Source: an uncultured Ruminococcus sp.
GTDB taxonomy: Bacteria > Bacillota > Clostridia > Oscillospirales > Ruminococcaceae
Assembly: GCA_902787825.1 (NCBI GenBank)
Contig: CADAHS010000001.1
Location: forward strand, 74,063 to 138,062
Length of the DNA: 64,000 nucleotides
Reading direction: 5' to 3'
In this document: positions 58,332 through 64,000 of the stretch, piece by piece
How the letters are laid out: each line of letters begins with the position of its first letter
Numbering within the stretch: position 1 is the stretch's first letter
Position numbers and translations under genes: made by a program
The notes under the pieces: generated by a model
Databases searched by the model: none
The model's input: the letters and a program-made list of their open reading frames with translations, nothing else
What the model was told of the DNA's origin: nothing

Positions 58332-58425
58332 GCTTTTATATGTTTGATCCTATAATGATATGAATTCAGCTAACGATTGCTTATAAAAGAGTTATCTATT
58401 AATTTTTCTGAAAGGAGGGGAATGT

Positions 58426-60573
58426 GTGGACGAGTTTTATGACAAGTGGTATTCCAATTTTACTCAGACTATGGACGGTATGGAAGATAACGAGCTGTTC
58501 GATGCTATGCATTCCCTGATAATGTCAAGTAAGAACACCTTTGCCGTCAACCGCAAAATAATGGAAAAATCTGTTGACGTTTCGTGGGTAGATGCTATTG
58601 AGGAGGGTCTGAAGCACCTTGATACGGTGCTCAGAACACCGAGAGTTACTATCGAGGATGTTGGAGAGGTCGTTCCGATCGCACTTTCAAGAAAGATCAC
58701 AGTTGAATCTGTAAAGCATCTTGCTCAGCATACCGATCTTATTCAGGACTACGACCCTGTCACAAATACTATCACTCCTTCAAAAGTACTTAATGTACAT
58801 AAGGAGGAGAGTATGATGACCTATGAGAATAAGTTTATCAATACCCTCGTTGACAGGTTGTATGTGTTTATTATCAGACGATATGAAAAGCTTCAGGAGG
58901 TAGCTAAAGACGAAGAAGTGTTCTCTCTTTCCTATAATACCGATGTTGACGATAAAATGGGAAAGCAGATGAGCGTCAGCTTGAAGCTTGAAACTACCGA
59001 CAGTCTTGAAACTGTCAACGAAAGTGGTCTTACTGTCTGGGAAAGAGTTGAACACCTGAAAAAAGCCGTTGAAGGCTATAAAGGATCAAACTTCTGCCAG
59101 GCAATGGGCAATGTCTATATAAGACCGCCTGTAATGAGAACTAATGCTATCATGAAAAACGTGGACCTTAAAGCCTGCCTTACACTCTGGCAGTTCATCG
59201 AGGGCTACGATAAAGTCGGATATGAGATAAACGTTGTTGATACAGCTCAGAAGCTTGACGAGGACTATATGATGGATTTCTATAACCTTGTTGCTCTGAA
59301 TTTTCTGCTTTTCCGTTCGTATACTCATAAACCGACTAAAAAGGCAAATGAACTAAAAACCGCAAAATCTAAGGCGTTTCTCCCTAAGTTCCTTAAAAGG
59401 TTCAATAAGGATGATATGTCAAAATATGATGTTATGGCTCAGCCGCAAAGCCTTGGTGAAACAGTATATGACCACCAGGGAGAAGCTGGCGAGCTGAATA
59501 TCGGTCTGCTTAATGAGATCGACCAGGTCTTTGCTCTTGAAAAGGAGTATATCCGTGTTGAGCGTATCAGGACAGAGGTCGAGCGAATTGAACGTGAAAA
59601 GGCTGAAAAGAAGCGAGCGGAGGCAGAAGAAAGACGTCTCGAAGCTTTGCGTCGTGAGGCGATCAAGAAAGCTGAAGCGGAAAAAGCAGAGCGTGAGCGG
59701 ATACAGCGTGAAGAAGCTGAGCGGCTTAAAAAGGAATGGGAAGAAAGACAGCGTGCTGAAGCCGAAGAACGTGAAAGGCTTGCTAAGGAAGCAGCTGAGC
59801 GTGCTGAAAGAGAAAGACAGGAAGCCGAAGAGCGCAAGCAGCGTGAATATGATAACTTCCGCCGTGCTCAGCTTACTGCCGAGAGAATTGAGCAGGAGCG
59901 TATCAAAGCCGAGGAAGAAGCAAAACGTCTTGCAGAGGAGGAGGCAAATCTTACTCCGGAGCAGATCGCAGAAAGAGAGCGTCTGAGTGCAGAAAAGCTT
60001 GCTAAGGAAAAGCGGGAAAAGATTCGTGCAGACAGACTCCGTGAGGAAAGAGAGATCTACCGCAACAGAGATTTCCATACAATATATCTGGAATACTCAA
60101 GAAGTCCTTGGTGCGTGATAAGAAGATTCTTTATCACACTGTGGTGCGTGATCTTCCGCAAGCCTTATGTTCCTGATGTAGATCCTAAGTATTACAGAGC
60201 CGAATATCCCAAAAAGCATTGGCTCGAAAGACCTATGGAAACAGCTGCCGAGCGTGACGAGCGTCTGCAGATGAAGGTCTACTATAATAAATACGCTACT
60301 ATGTTCCCTTATGACTTCAAACGGTTCATTAAAGATATCAAGTGGAAGATGAAGAAGAAAAAACCGCTTACTGATGCACAGAAGCAGAAGATCAGACAAT
60401 CACTGCCTGTTATGACTCCGGAAGAGGTGAACGCAGAAAATGCTCGGATCAAGGCTTTGTTCAAGGAGTATCATGTAAGTGTGTTCACCAAGATAAAGAG
60501 AAAGTTCAAAGAGTGGCGTGAAGATAAGAAACTAAAGAATGAAAGGGTCAATGAAGAAGATGATAAAAAGTAA
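58426..60573 (+). CDS. DUF2357 (McrC N-terminal-like) protein with long E/R/A/K coiled coil and no recognisable nuclease domain
   Basis: TYENKFI motif and MRTNAIMKN..LKACL.LW segment; charged helix about 59539-60060; AAGGAGG RBS before GTG. Confidence 0.7.
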   Translation: MDEFYDKWYSNFTQTMDGMEDNELFDAMHSLIMSSKNTFAVNRKIMEKSVDVSWVDAIEEGLKHLDTVLRTPRVTIEDVGEVVPIALSRKITVESVKHLAQHTDLIQDYDPVTNTITPSKVLNVHKEESMMTYENKFINTLVDRLYVFIIRRYEKLQEVAKDEEVFSLSYNTDVDDKMGKQMSVSLKLETTDSLETVNESGLTVWERVEHLKKAVEGYKGSNFCQAMGNVYIRPPVMRTNAIMKNVDLKACLTLWQFIEGYDKVGYEINVVDTAQKLDEDYMMDFYNLVALNFLLFRSYTHKPTKKANELKTAKSKAFLPKFLKRFNKDDMSKYDVMAQPQSLGETVYDHQGEAGELNIGLLNEIDQVFALEKEYIRVERIRTEVERIEREKAEKKRAEAEERRLEALRREAIKKAEAEKAERERIQREEAERLKKEWEERQRAEAEERERLAKEAAERAERERQEAEERKQREYDNFRRAQLTAERIEQERIKAEEEAKRLAEEEANLTPEQIAERERLSAEKLAKEKREKIRADRLREEREIYRNRDFHTIYLEYSRSPWCVIRRFFITLWCVIFRKPYVPDVDPKYYRAEYPKKHWLERPMETAAERDERLQMKVYYNKYATMFPYDFKRFIKDIKWKMKKKKPLTDAQKQKIRQSLPVMTPEEVNAENARIKALFKEYHVSVFTKIKRKFKEWREDKKLKNERVNEEDDKK

Positions 60574-61279
60574 GCTCAAGCTTGCGGCAAAGATCACTCT
60601 GATCTCATTGATCGCAGTAATGTTTTTTATCGTTGTTTATGTTTTTGTTTGCAATATCCGTGGAAAGGTCGCAAGTATAGGCGGATACAGCATTATGAAA
60701 GTCCTTACAGGAAGCATGGAGCCGTCTATTCATGTGGACGATTATATCCTGATAAAGAAAACAGATGTTTCGCAGCTGGAAATAGGAGATGTCATAACAT
60801 TTTATTCTGACGATCCTCAGATCAAGGATATGCCTAATTCACATAGGATAATTGCTAAAAATAATGACGGCTCATTTACTGTTAAGGGAGATGCTAATCC
60901 TGTTGAAGACACCTATAAGGTCAGACCCGACAGAGTGATCGGAAAGTATGTCAGAAAGATCTGGATATTCCGGTTTATCGGCTCGTTTGCGTCATCAAGA
61001 AAACTGCTGATGATACTGTTTATCCTGCCTACAGTTTGTATCTGTATCTATGAATCAAGGACTCTTGTAAGGATAATCAGAGGAACTGACGGCGATGATG
61101 AGGATAATGACGATGAGGATAGTAACGATAATACTCTAAGTGATGAGCAAAAGAAACAAAAACTTATCCGTGAGGCTATTGAGAAGGAAAAGGAAAAGCT
61201 AAGACAGCAGGATAAGATCAATGAAAGTGAAGTGATAGTCAGTGGGTCAGGAAAAGATAATGAAAAGGAAGATGATTAG
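60551..61279 (+). CDS. sipW: Signal peptidase I, SipW, copy 2
   Basis: VLTGSMEPS (Ser), NSHRII (His), KGDANPVED; start overlaps the DUF2357 gene end. Confidence 0.9.
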   Translation: MKKMIKSKLKLAAKITLISLIAVMFFIVVYVFVCNIRGKVASIGGYSIMKVLTGSMEPSIHVDDYILIKKTDVSQLEIGDVITFYSDDPQIKDMPNSHRIIAKNNDGSFTVKGDANPVEDTYKVRPDRVIGKYVRKIWIFRFIGSFASSRKLLMILFILPTVCICIYESRTLVRIIRGTDGDDEDNDDEDSNDNTLSDEQKKQKLIREAIEKEKEKLRQQDKINESEVIVSGSGKDNEKEDD

Positions 61280-61700
61280 CGCTATAATCTGGTCGCTGAT
61301 ACTTCTCATTGCGTTGCTGGTGTTTATTGGTCTGTATATTGATAAGACTAAGGAAAACAAAGAAAGATACCGCACTCAATATAAAAACTGTATTTCTGAT
61401 GCAGCGGAGGAGATAGATACTTATCTTGACCGCAAGATAGACTATGATCTTCATTATAATATGGTGATCTCTTATCTGGGTTCGGCTCGGTCCTTCATTT
61501 TTCTGATGGAGGACGAAGAGATGACAGAGAAGCAAAAGTCGATAAATGAACTGCATTATTGTTTTGTCAAATACCCCGAACAGATGAAAACAAGACTCGA
61601 AGCTGTAAGCACCGCTTTAAAGGACGTGTACGATAATCTTGATAAAGGATACGATGAAATAAATGCCGTCGTTGATTCGGTAGATAAAATGGGTAAATAG
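61260..61700 (+). CDS. Hypothetical single-TM helical protein
   Basis: N-terminal TM (ISAIIWSLILLIALLVFIGLYI); overlaps the sipW2 stop. Confidence 0.75.
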   Translation: MKRKMISAIIWSLILLIALLVFIGLYIDKTKENKERYRTQYKNCISDAAEEIDTYLDRKIDYDLHYNMVISYLGSARSFIFLMEDEEMTEKQKSINELHYCFVKYPEQMKTRLEAVSTALKDVYDNLDKGYDEINAVVDSVDKMGK

Positions 61701-61715
61701 CAGGAGGGAAAGGCA

Positions 61716-61943
61716 ATGAGTGAAAAAAGAAAATATAAAAAGGAAATAATGAAATGCCGTAAGACTATCGAGGAGATCGAGCGAAAGCGTTCTCGTTCTC
61801 AGTCGGCGTTGGTGCAGGCTATCCTTCTTCAGGAGGAGCCGCAGGAAGCTGATGTTGAGTGGTTCAATAAGTATACAGGAGAGATAGATGCGGTCAGAAA
61901 GCATATGATAACTACTCAGAAAAAGCTTGATCTTATAAAATAG
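61716..61943 (+). CDS. Small coiled-coil hypothetical protein
   Basis: 75 aa, AGGAGG RBS, followed by a hairpin. Confidence 0.75.
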   Translation: MSEKRKYKKEIMKCRKTIEEIERKRSRSQSALVQAILLQEEPQEADVEWFNKYTGEIDAVRKHMITTQKKLDLIK

Positions 61944-61949
61944 CTCATA

Positions 61950-61979
61950 GACCACAGAGTGAATTTTTACTCTGTGGTC
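61950..61979 (+). terminator. Terminator/hairpin ending the operon
   Basis: GACCACAGAGT/ACTCTGTGGTC 11-bp perfect stem. Confidence 0.7.
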
Positions 61980-62109
61980 AAACTTTTTCAGCTTTTTTAT
62001 CTTTATTGTAAAAAAAGGCTTGACAAACAGAAACTATTTTGATATAATATATAAGCACTTGCAAATGACCGTTCGGGTAAAAACCGTAAAAGGCGGCTGT
62101 AAGCGTGAT

Positions 62110-62182
62110 GAGCTATTAGCTCAGTTGGCAGAGCATTTGACTTTTAATCAAAGGGTCTGGGGTTCGAATCCCCAATAGCTCA
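62110..62182 (+). tRNA. tRNA-Lys(TTT)
   Basis: Acceptor GAGCTAT/ATAGCTC, anticodon stem TTTGA/TCAAA with loop CTTTTAA, T-loop GTTCGAAT; promoter TTGACA(62020)-17-TATAAT(62043); terminator 62185-62213. Confidence 0.96.
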
Positions 62183-62312
62183 GTAACCGTTTGTCTGTTT
62201 CAGGCGAACGGTTCTTTGTTTTTTATGGTGTATGTGCTGTTTTTGCAAGATTGCAGTTGACGAAATGCAAAAAAAGTTATATAATGTTCTCAGTTATAAA
62301 CGACTGAAATGA

Positions 62313-63521
62313 GTGATAATGATGAATGACCTGAATAAACTGCTTGTTGATGTTAAAACCCTTGTGATTTTTAAAAGTCTTAACCAAGATCCTGTTTTTA
62401 TAAAGCTTCTTGAAGCAATTAAAGCGTGCATAGAGGAAAACACAGATAACAGTATTGAAAAGTACTGTGATTTTGTGAGCGAGCTATATACATATTCAGA
62501 TGATCTGACAAGTTATATGCTCAAAATGGTGCTTGAAAATGAGAACCTCTTTATGCTGCGCAAAGGCGAGGGTAAAGCAACAGGAAGGCTGCTTGAAGAA
62601 TGTCTTGCAAGTGAGCTTGAAATAATTCAGGAGATATCCGAGATACCATCTTCCGAGATAATTTCAAAGATCAATTATGACGGCTTTTTGCCTGGGTACA
62701 AAACACAGAAAATTGATTTTTCACAGATCTACGCCGATAGGATCCACCAGATCAACAGGTACGGATACGGGATTTACTCGCAGTATCATGTGTTTGTTGT
62801 AGAAAACCGAAAGATCGTTCCTGTGGAATTTCCGGATCCTATCCGCATTCAACAGTTGTGCAACTATGAGCTTGAAAGGGAACAGGTAATTAAAAATACC
62901 CTTGCCCTTATCGCAGGAAAGCCTGCAAACAATGTGCTTTTGTATGGCGATTGCGGAACGGGGAAGTCATCAACTGTCAAAGCGATAGCGAATGAATATG
63001 CTTCACAGGGTCTCAGACTTATCGAGCTGAAAAAAAAGCAGCTTCATGAACTTCCGTCTATCGTTGAAACTGTCAGTAAGAATCCTCTTAAATTTATTAT
63101 TTTTATTGATGACCTTTCTTTCACCGAAGACGATGACGATTTTGCTGCTCTTAAAGCTATTCTTGAAGGAAGTGTTTCATCAAATGCCGCAAACCTTGCT
63201 ATCTATGCGACGTCAAATCGCCGACACCTTGTCAGAGAGACCTTCTCAGCCCGACAGGGAGATGAGATACATTTCAAGGATACTATGCAGGAGCTTTTAT
63301 CGCTGTCGGACAGATTCGGACTTACCGTAACATTCCAAAAGCCGGATAAGAAAACATTCCTCGAAGTCGTTTCAAGTCTTGCACAACAGTATGAGCTTGA
63401 TATGCCGCAGGACGAGCTTTATATGAAGGCTGAAGCATATGCACTTGCAAGGGGCGGACGCTCTCCGAGAGTTGCTAAACAGTTTGTTGAATATCTGAAA
63501 GGATGTGGAGATAATGCTTGA
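62313..63521 (+). CDS. DUF815 family AAA+ ATPase
   Basis: NNVLLYGDCGTGKSS, FIIFIDDLSF, LKAILEG, YATSNRRHLV, LSDRFG, RSPRVAKQF. Confidence 0.9.
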   Translation: MIMMNDLNKLLVDVKTLVIFKSLNQDPVFIKLLEAIKACIEENTDNSIEKYCDFVSELYTYSDDLTSYMLKMVLENENLFMLRKGEGKATGRLLEECLASELEIIQEISEIPSSEIISKINYDGFLPGYKTQKIDFSQIYADRIHQINRYGYGIYSQYHVFVVENRKIVPVEFPDPIRIQQLCNYELEREQVIKNTLALIAGKPANNVLLYGDCGTGKSSTVKAIANEYASQGLRLIELKKKQLHELPSIVETVSKNPLKFIIFIDDLSFTEDDDDFAALKAILEGSVSSNAANLAIYATSNRRHLVRETFSARQGDEIHFKDTMQELLSLSDRFGLTVTFQKPDKKTFLEVVSSLAQQYELDMPQDELYMKAEAYALARGGRSPRVAKQFVEYLKGCGDNA

Positions 63522-64000
63522 ATTCGTTAAATGTGAAACAGACCATAAATTAAGACGAACCGCTGAAATGGCAAGCGATATATGGCATGAGTGCTTTGAA
63601 GGCGTTATTTCCGACGAGCAAATTGACTACATGGTAGATAACTATCAATCTTTTGCTGCAATAAAAAAACAGGTCGGCTCGGAAAAATATGAGTATTATA
63701 ACTTTGTACTTGATGGTACAAGAATAGGATATTTTGCTTTTGCACCGCAAGAAGATGGGACACTTTTCTTGTCGAAACTATATATGTACAAAGAATACCG
63801 AGGCAACGGCTATGCTTCACAGGCTTTCCATTTCGTTAAGCAAATTGCTCATGAACGTGGTTATAAGAGCATCTGGTTGACAGTCAACAGACATAATTAC
63901 AGTGCTATAAAAGTTTATGAAGCTTTTGGAATGAAAAAGATACGTGAACAGGTCGTGGATATTGGTAACGGTTTTGTTATGGACGATTACGTTTACAGTA
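63514..64000 (+). CDS. GNAT N-acetyltransferase (3' end beyond the window, absent from the ORF track)
   Basis: MLEFVKCE...LSKLYMYKEYRGNGYA...IWLTVNRHNYSAIKVYEAFG...IGNGFVMDDY; open to the window end. Confidence 0.88.
   Translation, partial: MLEFVKCETDHKLRRTAEMASDIWHECFEGVISDEQIDYMVDNYQSFAAIKKQVGSEKYEYYNFVLDGTRIGYFAFAPQEDGTLFLSKLYMYKEYRGNGYASQAFHFVKQIAHERGYKSIWLTVNRHNYSAIKVYEAFGMKKIREQVVDIGNGFVMDDYVYS

Noticed and set aside
59419-60078. Long overlapping ORFs (219, 132 and 157 aa)
   Set aside because: They are shadows of the low-complexity coiled-coil codons of the DUF2357 gene.
56709-60573. Ordinary McrBC type IV restriction system
   Set aside because: McrB has a TM and coiled coil instead of a reader domain, and no properly spaced PD-(D/E)xK is visible in the partner. 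The string PDVDPKYY near the C-terminus has only one residue between PD and DxK, so it is treated as coincidence.
62050-62109. Extra RNA element in the tRNA-Lys leader (GGGTAAAAACCGTAAAAGGCGG)
   Set aside because: Too short, with no cloverleaf or complete riboswitch pattern; probably a precursor leader.
1-64000. CRISPR array, rRNA, transposase or integrase
   Set aside because: No regularly spaced direct repeats, rRNA signatures or recombinase/transposase motifs were found by eye.

Overview
A 64-kb chromosomal window from a low-GC, spore-forming Clostridia member (gene content and order resemble Ruminococcaceae/Oscillospiraceae; this is an inference). From 1 to about 46.7 kb it is mostly core genome: yqfD/yqfC/ylbJ, pcrA, rnj-gdpP-rplI-dnaB-tilS-ftsH, ymdB-spoVS, a comEA/GH3 block, glmS, yicC-remA-gmk-rpoZ-priA-def-fmt-rsmB-rlmN-stp-pknB-rsgA-thiN-spoVM, dnaD/dnaC-like genes and feoAB. 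From 46.8 to 62.2 kb, between solitary tRNA-Pro, tRNA-Gly and tRNA-Lys genes, lies an accessory surface/signalling region: a CWB2 cell-wall protein, a MITE-like element and a GGDEF-PAS-GGDEF*-EAL protein. The most interesting part follows (53.1-61.9 kb): a TasA/camelysin-like SipW substrate transcribed divergently from an apparent operon encoding a degenerate EAL protein, a second SipW-type substrate, two SipW peptidases, a membrane-anchored McrB-like AAA+ NTPase and a DUF2357 (McrC N-terminal-like) protein whose nuclease appears replaced by a long coiled coil. I hypothesise a c-di-GMP-linked surface-fibre assembly system that has repurposed an McrBC-type motor. No integrase, transposase, CRISPR array or rRNA was seen. 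All family assignments come from motif recognition by eye; no database was searched.
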